Assembly: GCF_009914755.1 (NCBI RefSeq)
Contig: NC_060925.1
Length of the DNA stretch: 64,000 nucleotides
Strand: one strand, 5' to 3'
From: the human T2T-CHM13v2.0 reference genome, Homo sapiens
Of this stretch, positions 14,201-27,440 are shown piece by piece. The notes beneath the pieces are model-generated. The model saw only the letters and a program-made list of their open reading frames with translations. It was not told the DNA's origin and searched no databases. Each line of letters opens with the position of its first letter. Within the stretch, counting starts at the first letter, position 1. Both the position numbers and the translations under genes were made by a program.

Positions 14201-15681
14201 ACAATTCAGGGGGATGCTTTAAAACATTAGTTCAATGGACTCATGTCTCACAGTGCCACTGTCATTCTGTTGAAAAGACTTCTGACCCAATGACCAATTT
14301 CTATTTTCTTCACTCAGGGTTTTACGGCATCTGGGATCACAAGGCATTATGTTTATTTAGGATACTTTCTGAGACATTTCTTCTATGTTGAATCAAACTG
14401 ATTGATTTTCATAGTCCTCTCATACCAAGTACAGTGCTTGCTATAAAGCTGGTACTTGATAAAATAATAAATAAGGGCTGCTGACCGGACAGGTAGGATG
14501 ATGCAGTCCTACGGAAATGAAGATGGACAGAAACTTGCTCTTGTTTACCAGTTTTAGGAGGAGATTTCTATAACCTAACTGGGCTAAAAGCACTCCAAGG
14601 TCAGAGCTCTACTAGGCCAAGGGCAAGGGGGGTCTGAGGTTGCCTATGGTAGTCTCCCCACATTCAGAAAAAGGAGGTTGGGAAGTTGCGAATATACAAT
14701 GGGTCAAGGGCGGCACATTAAGCTGATGCTCAAATTCAGAAGGCAGAGGGGAAGTGGGATGTTAAAAGTAGACAAATCATAGATAATGAGTCTTAGGGAA
14801 CATCTCAGTCAACCTTTCAACAATAGTAGAAATGGCCTTCTGAGCATTGGCATTCATTTCATTTGTGCTGGCAGGAGTTATCCTGAGCTTCCTCTTTGCA
14901 AGCTTCAGATCATTCACTTCCCTCTGTATTGAATGTGCAGGCTTGGTTCACCACTTTGTGAGACTAACCTACGATCTCTCCTTGCAGGTCTGATCCTCAC
15001 ATCACCAAGCACACACACAAAGCTGTAAGGTTCCTAGACATTCTAAGCTCATAACCTCATCCCAGAGCTTTGAGTTCTGGGTCTGGTACTCACTTGACTG
15101 GAGTTCATGAGAGACCTGATCTAGGAGGAGATAATCCGAAAGAGCCTTACCCTAGGAGAGGTGGTCAGGAAAGAACAAAGTTCAGCTTAGTAAGTGCAGC
15201 AGTGGACACAGGGAGGGGAAACTTGCTCAACACCAGGATAGGAAAGGCTGGTTGTGTGTGTGGTGAGCACAGTCAGAAAAGTCCTAGGGGTTGTTGAAGG
15301 TAACAGTCAGCCTCTCTTACTGGCCTGCTGTGGTTTCAGAGACAAAAAGCAGGCAATGCCAGGATGATAACGCCTAAATGAGCATCAGTGGGCAGGAGGC
15401 CCAGGGATGTCCTCTCATGGCTGCAGCCAGCTCAGGCCAGACCTTCTTGGGGAACTGAGTCCAAAGGATGAATAAGTTAGAACCCATAAGGATGCTTTAG
15501 AGAACTGGCACAAGTCTGCCTGGAGAAGGCTGGATGGGAAATTACAGTATTGTCAAGGTGTTTTTATGGGTCTACTGCGTTCCCCGTGCTCAGACAGTTA
15601 ATGTGCCTGAAATCACACAGCTAGTAAATGGTGCAAGCAAGCAGGATTTGAACTCACATACTAAGGTTCCAAACACCATGA

Positions 15682-16031
<350 letters not shown>

Positions 16032-16904
16032 TAATTCTTGGTGACGGGTGGCTTCTGAATCTCATGCTCCTCTCCATTGTGGTACACTCTTCCTGTTAAT
16101 CTAACACTTCAACTTTAACAACAATGAATCTCTCACTTTTTGTAGAAACCCATGTAGAAACAGATGAATGCAAAGTAAGATATGAGGGGTCTAGAGAGCT
16201 GGTAACGCAAATAATTCAACTCTAATCAGATGTTTTAAGGAGTGTCTTATGGCTAAAAGATAAATCTTGAAATACTTTTGGTACAGTAATTTGGCAAGAG
16301 CGATTGCAATAGTTTTGCCATGGTATGTTCAAATTATTTGCTGTGCCCAGCTTTCCCAAGCCCTGCTCAGAATCTGAGGTTCCTTTTCCTCTTTCAGGTG
16401 AAGCATCTATATAAGCATGATGGTAGGCAGAGGCCTAGCTTTGGAATTATTCTAACCTGGTGTTATATTCTGATTCTGGCACTGAAAGTTTGGGCAACTT
16501 ACATGGTCTTTCATGAGCCATAGTTTCATTATATGTGAAACAGAGATAATGTGAATAAGTGTTAAATGAGATATCATTTGTGTAAACGCCTAGCACCTCA
16601 TGTTCATCTGTGCTCATTAGGTGATGAATCAATGATGAAAATCTGTATTAGAAAAGGATCTGCCCAATGGCAGGCGGGCAGCTGGGATGCAGCTCAGACT
16701 TCTAATGGGAACTCAACGGAAATGAGAGAGGAGACAACCTGTGCTGTCACTTTGAGCCAGGAAGATCAGATGACAAAGGGAGCTCATATCCTTTTCTCCC
16801 AATGCAGTTGTCCATTCAGCTAGGTTATTCCTGTAGACTGTCATCCCACCACAGAGTGGGTTCCTCAGATAAGTGATAAGCATTCATAAAAATTACATTC
16901 ACTG

Positions 16905-17306
16905 TTCAATTCCCACCTATGAGTGAGAATATGCGGTGTTTGGTTTTTTGTTCTTGCCATAGTTTACTGAGAATGATGATTTCCAATTTCATCCTTGTCC
17001 CTACAAAGGACATGAACTCATCATTTTTTATGGCTGCATAGTATTCCATGGTGTATATGTGCCACATTTTCTTAATCCAGTCTATCATTGTTGGACATTT
17101 GGGTTGGTTCCAAGTCTTTGCTATTGTGAATAATGCCGCAATAAACATACGTGTGCATGTGTCTTTATAGCAGCATGATTTATAGTCCTTTGGGTATATA
17201 CCCAGTAATGGGATGGCTGGGTCAAATGGTATTTCTAGTTCTAGATCCCTGAGGAATCGCACATGTACCCTAAAACTTAAAGTATAATTAAACAAACAAA
17301 CAAACA
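16905..17306. mobile_element. 5'-inverted (twin-primed) young L1, L1PA2-like, with 17-bp TSD
   Basis: 16905-17260 is the antisense ORF2 C-terminus (...KTKHRIFSLIGGN*). 17259-17306 is the sense 3' end ACATGTACCCTAAAACTTAAAGTATAAT plus an (AAAC)n tail. TSD AAAAATTACATTCACTG at 16888-16904 and 17307-17323. Confidence 0.92.
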
Positions 17307-18629
17307 AAAAATTACATTCACTGAATTGAACTGTTATAGAAAACAGACATCTTAAACTCCATCCTTTGAGGATTTCTTAGCTTTTTGTATGAGCTTGGGC
17401 AATTCCTTTTTACCTCTTTTTACATGTCTTCTCACCTGTAAAGTCAAGGAAGAAGACTGGGATCTCCAAGGTCTTTTCAGCTTCAGAAGTTCTATCACTT
17501 TCCCCTTTTCCAGTATCAGCTACTTAAAGGGAGTAATCAATTTGGAATTGGATGGCAAGTGTGGCCACCTCCTAACCACGTAAACCTGCTGAATCAGTTC
17601 AGCATGCAGAGCCTTGGTTTTCTCTCATTACATGGAGAACAATAATACCATCTCTAAAAGTTGAGTGTGAGGCTCAATAGGAGTAACATACATGGAAGCA
17701 TTTTTGTAAACATTAAAGTTCAAGCCTAGCCTTTTTCATTACATTCAAGGTTTATATGGCCCCAACCACCTTGAGCTCCATATCGTAGAATACCTCCACA
17801 CAGGGAATCCCCATGCTCCATCCCCACCTCTGGAGAGTGTCAGCCTGCTGAGTGCAGGGTGATACTAGGCATGTGTGCCTTCTTGGGGGTTGCTGGCTGC
17901 ACCTTCCAAATGACTGCTTTGCCTCTTGGTCTCCTCTCCCACCTCCCTTCCCTCTGCTGGTCCTTCCTAGAGCCACCTGGAAGAGAAGAAAGCAACAAGC
18001 TTCCTGCCTGCCAGAAGCCAAATGCTAGTGCAAAGTGAGCCTTGGGGGTAAGGTCAGGGAACAGGTGCAGAGAAACGTGGAGCTAGCTACTTCGGACTCT
18101 GATACTGCATAGGGACAATGAGGATGGCTGTGCCTCAGGGGGGGTTTGTGATGTCTGAGGAATGCATCTCAGAGAAACTGGGTCTGCTGAGGCAGCAGTA
18201 TACCCCAGGTGGTTGTGCCTAGTGCACAGTGGGACCAACGTGCTGGACTCTCTTGTCCTTGGCCTTAGACCCAAACCCTCCCAGTGCCTTGGCTCCCCCT
18301 TCACCCCTAACAGTGGAGTGCTAAGTAAAAAGAAACCTCAGTTCTTTTTATCAAAGAGCCTTGCCTAGATAGGCAGCTTGCTTTGAAAGACAGTCATTCA
18401 AACCAGAAAAAGGAGACATGAAAAGCTTACTTTTCTCTATAATTGAGGAACAGAAGAATATAGTAAGTAAATCATAATAGACTAAATCTCCTGAAAAACT
18501 CCTACATTGCAAGTTTCTTCTTGAATACACAGTTGAATTTGCAAAAATAAATTCCTAGGGGTCAAAAATGAAGAGGAAGCCCACAACTCAAGAGGTAAGC
18601 AGCCTCATCCTCAAAATGTACAAAGTAAA

Positions 18630-18836
18630 ATGTGAAAAAACTGCAAAAAGAGTTACGACCACACTAGCATACACAAATTTCAACACAAATTTCATACACA
18701 AATTTCTATCATTCTTCTCAAATGATAGATCAAACATAAAAATTACCAAGAATATAGAACATTTGTACAATACAACTAGCAAATGGGATCTTATGGACAA
18801 CAAGAAATACACATTCTTTTAAAGTATACATAGAAG
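18630..18836 (+). mobile_element. Ancient L1M fragment (ORF2 endonuclease region)
   Basis: ORF 18568-18822 contains NFNT..DRSNIKITKNIEHLYNTTSKWDLMD..YTFF, resembling L1 EN DFNT..DRSTRQKVNKD..LN...DLID..EYTFF. Confidence 0.6.
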
Positions 18837-18838
18837 CA

Positions 18839-18983
18839 GGCTGGGTGCAGGGGCTCATGCCTGTAATGCCAGCACTTTGGGAGGCTGAGGCAGGATTACC
18901 TGAGCCCAGGAGTTTGAGACTAGCCTGAGCAACACAGTGAGAACTTGTCTCTACCTATATTTAAAAAATAAAAAAAATTAAAA
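18839..18983 (+). mobile_element. Alu monomer (FLAM-like)
   Basis: GGCTGGGTGCAGGGGCTCATGCCTGTAATGCCAGCACTTTGGGAGG...GTCTCTA plus A-rich tail; single arm only. Confidence 0.85.
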
Positions 18984-20611
18984 TATATAATAGAGGTAAA
19001 TCAGAAATGTTTAGAAGTTGGATGGTATGACCCAGAACTGGGGTTTTAATCTGGTATAGAAGTTGATTTTTGCCAAGGAGCTTGCAGAGAGATTCACCTC
19101 AGTTCTGTGCTGGGTTATAGAGGATGGCATCAGAGAAGAATTTGAACACTTGAGACTGGAAACAAATGCACGTAGACTTGTAATAGCTCAAGAGTTCAAT
19201 GCTACCCTGTAAATTGGCCTGTGCTTTTGAAATGTCTCAATGAAGACAATCTGACTGTCTCGTCCACTTCTTTCTCTCTGGTTACTCTGCTTCAGTTTAA
19301 CCAGGGGCATTTCTGATAGAACATTTCTTCAATGTTTTTGCTTTTTGAGGATGGCATGAAAACATTCCAAGATTTTCCTTTTAGTGGAAAGTCGTTAAGT
19401 ACTAGGGTATAATTCTAGATTCTAATTCTGATGACCAGACGTTTCAGGAAGCACCAGATGTTGAAGGTAAATCTTGAAAAAACCCTCCCAGCATCCAAGG
19501 AAGACTCTCCCTCTTAGAATAAAGCCCTAAACATTCCTGGGTTCTGATCCAGAAGCATCCTGCTTTTCTTGGCTCAGCAGTGAGTTTGTCCAATTGTTGG
19601 CCTAGGATCCCTCAATCTGAAGTCATTGATACAGCCACAGAAACCATGGCCAGATGTAAGTGGACAAGAAACCATCTTAGCTTCCAGGTGTTCACAAATA
19701 CTCCTCAGTAGGAGCTGTACCCAAATGTCTCTGCTTCAAGTGCCAGACCCACTCAACTGTTCAACCATTCGGCTAAAGAGAATTAGCTGCTTCATGAAAA
19801 AGTAACTATGTACAGATCCCAAGGTTCAAGTTCAACAGATAGGGTTTCCGCAAAAACTTTATCATGTAGACAAATGCTACCTCTCCCCTTCTGTTCAACT
19901 TTGACGGCCCAGTAGAAGGAATGAGCCCATTAGCACTAAATCCATACCAGTACTTAACTTTACCCCGGGCCCAACTCTCAGCCTAATTATACAACAGTCC
20001 CATCTCTGAAAGACTTTTCAATTGTGATTACGCAACCCCACAGGTACCCAGATTATCTAGAGTCTCTGTCAGATACAGGTTCTGAAAAGACAAATTTTCT
20101 CAAAGACATTTTACAATCCCAGCAGCCCAGGCACTGGCCAGAGAGGAGGATGTCCACCGAGGCTATAAAGGGCCCTTCAGTGTTCCTAGCTCCTCCCCAC
20201 TCTGGAATCTTCTAGCTAAAGCCATCTGCTCAGCCATCCAGCTGGAGATGTTACCCCAGGGAGCTTTGCAGCAGAGAAGCCCGTGGTGGTTGTTGTTCTC
20301 AGGTGTCAGGGATAGGGATGGGAGCAGCTGCTAACCTTGCCCGGGCCTTTCAGTTCCACGCTGGCGGGATGCGGCAGGACCAAAGGTCAAGAATTTGTCT
20401 GGTCTTGTCGTGAGAAACTAGGCCCACCATAGCTTCCCTTGGCCCTGTCTGCACCCCATTAATTGTTCTCTTTTCCGTATTTTAGGATCTACTCTTGATA
20501 TCCAGGCCTTTAAGATGCTTGCCCAGAGGACAACCATGTGCTTAAGCTTCTTTCATACTCCCTCTCTGCTGCAGACTTGCTGTGGATGAACTGGCCCCGG
20601 ACACTTGTTGA

Positions 20612-21003
<392 letters not shown>

Positions 21004-22775
21004 TGGTACTCTGGTTTTAACTGTTCCCAGCTTCCTCACCAGACATCCAGAACTCTAGCTGAGTTGCCCCTTTAGATCACAAGTAATTTTCTTTATAAAG
21101 ATCATCCATGGTTTTTGGAAACCCACTCATGAGATGAAAGTAGACGCCCAGCCAGGCTTGGAGGCAACGTGGAAGACAGAGTGACTCATGGGCTCCCAAG
21201 AGAAGGGTGAATGGTTCTGCTCCAAGGGTGGAGAACAGCTTTGCTCTTCCAGCTGTGGCTCCTTCCATATTTATCTCTCCAGAGAGAGAGGGGGAGCACA
21301 AGTCAGGGAGTCAATGAGAAGTGGGGGGATCCAGGGGTCTGGGGAAGGGCATCTGGCTAAAGCCCTGCAGCTTGAAAGAGTGACTATCCCAAGACAAGCA
21401 GAGGGTCAGAAACCAAGCCGGTAGAACTTGGGATGGACACAAAGATGAACAAGTAGTTCAAAGGCAGGCAGGAACCTGGCAACAAATACTGAGAATCAGG
21501 CAGCAGGGCCAATCGATCAGACAGGCAGGAGCCCTGTGAGTTATAGGACTTGGAACAGGACATGCCAGGCAGGCAGGACAACAGTGAAGGGTCCACATAG
21601 CCCAAGAAACATGAGGATGCCTCCTCCTCTACGCAGGTCTCCAGGGAGGGTAGAAGCCTGGTCCCAGTGCAAGCTTAGAGAAGGAGGGCCAGGCTGCAAC
21701 AGGACTATGTAAGGGGGAGGTGGACCACATGACATCGCCCTGGATTCCCAGAGTCCTCATGACAGGAAGTGTGGAGTGGTACAGAAACTACAGCTTTAGA
21801 GTAAGCCAGGCAGGCAGTGATGGCAGGATGCTCGGAGGTATATACTCGTCTCCCTCTGCAGTCCTCCCTCTATACCCCCCTTAGATCCCAACAAGGGCAA
21901 AGCAAAATGGGGTGTTGCCTAGACCTGTTCCCTCCCATTCTTCCCCAACCCCACCTCCTTTAGGGTGAGCAGACACAGCACCATTTGATCATGCCCCTAT
22001 GCTGAAATGCCTCAATAAAACAAAACAATGACAAAAGAATTGACTGAAACCAACTAAAAGCCACAACAGAGACAGGGTCTCCAGGCTGCTAGGATATCCC
22101 TCTCAGACTTCTCCCATCTGTTCTGCTCCACAGAGGCCTCCCAGCTGAGCCCTGCTGTCAGGGGAGGGCCCCTGGCCCCCTCACAATCTGTCATCTTTGA
22201 CGCTACTTGGATCTTATTTCTTCTAGAGCTGCCAGGGGCTAGGAAGATACCTTGCCTGTGTGTGGGTAGGGGCCAGGAGGGCCATGCATGCCATCAGCAC
22301 CAGGGCTAGGGTAAGGGGGGTATTGAGGGGTGGAAGAAAGGGATTCTGGGTTGTTGGGAATCCCGGCTAAATCTCAATTTCTCCATACTTTCCCCTTCCC
22401 TTGGGCTGCCAAGCCCTCCCATCTCCTGCCATCTGTGACAGGTGTCTCTGGGGAGACCCTCTTCTTTCTTGCTTGCTAATCACTGCATATAGACACTGAA
22501 AACAGGCTGGACTCTCTGCTCCTGGCAACTGTGTAGACATCCCTTGGGCTGATGTGAGTTCCTCTCTGTGCTGCCAAGGGATGGATTCTTCCTGCACCCT
22601 GTGCACTTTCCTTTCCTGGGCAGGTGGCCATCTCTGCCTGAAGACCTGGACCCTCAGCAAACCTGGCTGGGGGGCAGGGGCAGGCAGTGATGAAAAAACA
22701 GGGGGAGGTGACCACTGACTGCTGCTTTGAAGACTAGGTGTGCTGGGTGCCTCCAGCCCTGACCCACAGAATTAG

Positions 22776-22831
22776 CCAGTGATCCAGGCCCATGGACCTG
22801 AGTCTGAATCCTGGTTCTGTCCCTCACTAGT
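22776..22831 (-). ncRNA. MIR921: MIR921 annotated precursor (intronic, same strand as FAM78B)
   Basis: Reverse complement reads ACTAGTGAGGGACAGAACCAGGATTCAGACTCAGGTCCATGGGCCTGGATCACTGG, matching hsa-mir-921 as recalled (mature CUAGUGAGGGACAGAACCAGGAUUC); known FAM78B intronic location. Confidence 0.85.
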
Positions 22832-22938
22832 TGTGGCACTGCCCTTTTCTGGGCTTCAGCGTCCCCATCTGTAAAAGAAGCAAATGAGCTAGATGATTTC
22901 CCGCACCATCCTAACACCCTGTAAGTTAAGAATGATTC
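22790..22938 (+). mobile_element. MIR3-like SINE overlapping MIR921
   Basis: GACCTGAGTCTGAATCCTGGTTCTG...CCCCATCTGTAAAA core and CTAGATGATTTC MIR3-type 3' end. Confidence 0.7.
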
Positions 22939-25900
22939 TGTTGATCTACCACTTGCATTCTTCTGGCCATTTCTCTACTCTTTAATCAAGACCCTGCTGT
23001 GACTGGTAGCTGGTAACAGTCACCTGTGAGGTAGCTGAAAGGACAGAGGACTGCCTCTGGTGCTGGGATGGTCCCCTGGGTCTGATCCCAAGACCCTGGT
23101 TTCATTACTATCACATCCTGAGCAGCTGAGTGAACCAGGCAGCTGGGAGGCAAGGAGACTAGTCATTTCCAATTTGATTTAAACCTTTTGTTTCCCAAGT
23201 CTCCTCAGCAAGGACGAAAGCAAACACTCAAGCAATATCCTGAATACTTCCTGATCATTCATTCATTTGGACATTCATTCATTCAACCCTTATGAGGCAG
23301 TACAACATCATAAGGAGTCACAGGAATTAGTTTGACCTGCTTTCTAAATCTGGCTCTGGCACTACTTAGCTGAGTAATGCTGGGCATGTTATCCAACCGC
23401 TGTAGGCCTCCGTTTCATCTCTAATATGAGGAAAATAATGGTGCTACCTACTTTACAGACAGTGCATCTAAAGCATCTGGCACACACTAGTTGTTATCAT
23501 CATCAAGTTGAGTAAGTTGCTCATGGTTTCACGGGGAGACAGACGAGCACATAGCTGCCCATCACTCAGTGTGTGCAGGTTTCTTAGCAAAAGACAGGCT
23601 CCTTGGTTCTGAACGTCAAGAAAATAACTTCAACAGGAGGTTGGGGGTTAGTTTGTGGCACAAATCACTCATCCTTCCTAAAGAAAGTGAAGATGGTTCG
23701 TGGAAGCTTGAAACAGATTCTCAAATCATTAAGTGATAACAAAAAATCTATTCTTGAATTGATTTGCCCAGCTCAGGTGTGGGGACTGCCATTTTGGAAT
23801 GGAGGCTCAGCGTGTGTGGTCTCGGGAGAGGGAATAGAAGGTAAGTAAGATCCTGCTCTCACAGAACGGGCATGTCTGATTCCCTTCACGCCTCTCTTCC
23901 CCTACATATCCCAGCCTGAGCCCCCATGCAGAGGGCAAAGCAACATCTAATTTGCCTGTTTCTGGCAGCTCTTGGACTTGCCAAAGCCTGTACCTGCCGC
24001 CACACATGCCCCAGAAGCCTCTGCCTGCTCCTTCAGGATGCTGCAGAAAGTGCTGACTGCGGATGCCGATTTACCGCTTCCCATTAGCCAGGCCTCTAAC
24101 AGCCTCTGAGAGCCTGTGCCGGACACAGGCCCACCAGCCAGCTCTGAAAGGTCAGGCCCCAGGAGCAGGAGCCAGCCAGAGGCTTTGCGAGGCAGGCCTC
24201 GCACAGTGACCCTGTTGATGTGCCATCCTTTATTTTGTTTTAATAACAAAATGGCCTTATTTATCTTGTTTTAATCTGACAGCCTGAAAATTTCTCTTTG
24301 CGCTTGTTGAAGACATTTAGGTGGTCCTGTTTACCCTCTCTTGTCTTCAGACATCATAAATGATGCCCTTAAAAGTGTCCACATGCTGTCTGAGCCAGAG
24401 GTGCCCAATGCACATGGCTCTGAGGATGACCTCTCCCATCCCTGACTCCCATTCTTGGTTGGCTGATCATGGACTCAGTATGGAGGGCACTGGGAGAGGA
24501 GGTGGGATGCCTGAGCATCAGGCCTGAGTCTACCAGTGCTTGCCAGGATGACCTTGGGCACATAATTTAATCTCCTTAGGCCTCAGCTTGCTTATCTGAA
24601 ATAGGAATAACTGTTGTCCTACATGTTTCATGATTATTGTGAGGTTAATTATGAGAGGTCCCCTTATAAAGAAAACAAAAATCATGAAAGGGACCTGCAA
24701 AGAATAAAGTACCTTAAAAATAGCTTTGGACACAAATGATTTCAGGTGTTGGTCTCACTGTCCCCCTAAGGTGGAAATTGCACAACCTTCCTGAGCATGA
24801 ACAGCATGGCTCACATGCTCCAGCATCACCCCACCCTCAAGTCCTTGGCTTGGACAAACTGTAGCTCCTTCCCCCAGCCTGAGTGATACTGTTACCAAAG
24901 AAGGGCTCAGGGATGGGACAGGAAGTCCCCATAAGGATGTGGCTAGGCTGCAGGCATCATGCCTAGGGATTAGGAGCAGCCAGGGTCCTGGAGGCTTCCC
25001 AAAGTCTACAGCTTAGAGGAGAACAAGGAGGGTGACTTCTGAGTGACATGACGTCAAGGGGGCGGGGGGGGGGGGGGGCTCCAATGCCTTCCTCTGAGTT
25101 TGAACAGAAAACAGCCCTGGCTCCAGATGTACAGAGCAAGCCTTTCTCCTCCCCTCTATCTTTGAGTGGGTTTGTAGGGGAGGTTTGTATAGCTGACATG
25201 CCAGAGACCCCTCTCCAGAGTCTGAATGCTTCTCTGTCCAGGGAAGTTGCAGGGCCACAGCCACAACCTCCCTGTTCCTTAAGGCTGATCCACAGTCATC
25301 CTCTAGCAATAATAACGAGCATGCTCTGTAATAACAAAAATCACAAGTGTTGATTCCTAATCCGTATGGCATTAGGATGGGGAGATCTTATTACTGTCCA
25401 TTTATGTACAGGCAAACTAGATGCTGGCTTATTAAGGGACCTGCCAAAGGTCATGCAGCTGGCACTGGGACCCAGATCTTCTGACTGGAACCCTGCGCTG
25501 GGGAACCAGCAGCTAAATCTTCCACTGGCACAGTGAACAGTTCCAACTGGCATGTACCCCAGAACCTAATGAGGGAGCAGGGTCCACATGGGCCTCGAGA
25601 AAAGGAACAGTGCAGGAATTCTTGGGAGCCAGAGGTATGTCCAATGAGCTGATGACAAAGCCAGGGGTCCCTTCCACCACCAGATGGGAATCCTTGTTCT
25701 CCTTCTCTTCCTAATCATCCACCCGAACAGCAACTGCCCGGAGAGTTTGAGGGATGAATAGCTATCCATATCCAGTACCTGGGTAGTCTGGGTGACTGTC
25801 TGCTGGGGCCCAGGGCTGCCCATTAGGGCCTGAAGGTGTAGGCACACGGCTAAAAGCTACAGCCCAGACCAACCAGCTTGCAGCCCGAGAACTGAGGATG

Positions 25901-26205
25901 TCGTCCCCCTGCTCCCAAGGAATGTGCTCCTCAGCATGAAAGGAGCTTATTCCCTGCTGTCTTTACTCCTGGCCCCTCACAAAGATATGGCTCTTACAGC
26001 TAACCACCAATGCCATTCTCAAGGGGAATGCAAGGAGGTTCACACACATGATCTCAGAGCAACTTACTCTGTTTCCAAAGGAGTGAGGAAATACAGAAAT
26101 CAGAGAAAACCAATAAAGCTAGGTCCATTATCACTATTTTGCAAAGCAAGTTCAGAGAACCCCCTTCCTGGGAGATAAGGCCATCATCTATTAGAAACAG
26201 AATAC

Positions 26206-26385
<180 letters not shown>

Positions 26386-27264
26386 TTAAAAAGAACCAGA
26401 GTAGTCAGAGCACATGAGCTAGACTCCTGGCACGGCTCCTTGCTGGCCATGAGGCCTTGAGCTAGCTACTGAGCATCCCTGGACCTCACAATAGGATAAC
26501 TTCCCTCACTGGGTAAGATTTCAATGAGGCCATGCATGGAAAGCACCCTGCACAGTGCCGGGCACATAGACCTTTCACGTGTGTTATTTCCCTTCTCTTT
26601 CTTTTCCTTCCCAAACAGCATCTCCAGACGTTCCTCGATCTGGACAACTCTCCTGGCACAGGCACACTCACACCTTCTTCACTAAAACCCAAAACAACAA
26701 CAACAACTCTAGAACCATCCTTAAATACCACACTGATTTGGATTAGTGAGAATAAGAGGCAACTTGCCTGATGACTCTGCCTCTGTGGGGGAATATCCCA
26801 CTCTGTGGGCAGTTCTGCTGTTGGTGTGCAGGCAGGCACCAATCCCTTCCAGGGACCCTCAGCACCACGAGGACTCTGCTTCTTTGTAAGTATTCACCAG
26901 GATGCTCTGCTACTGCTAATTTCCTGTTATTTATCTTCTCAAAGGAGTCCATAATAACCAACTTATAAATGACAGCCACTTCTTGTGGCCTGCTTGGTGT
27001 TAACACAACAGAAGTTGTGGCCCCTCTGTTATCTGTGACAACTTTTTCTTATCAGTAGATCAAAGTGGTCCAGGGAAGGAAGCTGGGTAAGAAGAAAGCC
27101 ATGCTATCAACTACTTGGAGCCTTTGGGCAACCCTAGGCTTCCTTGGAAGAAGCTTTGAGGAAAAGAGCTAGGTGCATGACGACAGTAACAGCGGCCATA
27201 ACTACTAACTTTTCTTGTGCTGATATGAATGGAGGGCTGACCTGTCCCCCTCACAGGCCAAACT

Positions 27265-27440
27265 GTGGCAGTATATAGAAAGCCAGGACACAGGGTCAGA
27301 AGACATGGCTTGCAGTCTCAGCTCGGCCACTTACTTGATGTATGGCCTCAGGCAGGTTACCCAACCCCCTGAGACTCAGTTTCCTCATCAGTAAGATCAG
27401 CATGACAATAGTACCTAGTTCCCAAGAACCAGGGGGATCA
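27265..27440 (+). mobile_element. MIR SINE
   Basis: GTCAGAAGACATGG...CAGCTCGGCCACTTACT...CTGAGACTCAGTTTCCTCATCAGTAAGAT. Confidence 0.75.

Noticed and set aside
16906-17307. 133-aa ORF with RT-family C-terminus
   Set aside because: Chimeric reading across the inverted L1 fragment; not a gene.
26859-26878. RE1-like TCAGCACC-ACGA-GGAC (similar half-sites near 22295 and 7703)
   Set aside because: Wrong spacer or broken GGACAG half; not full REST sites.
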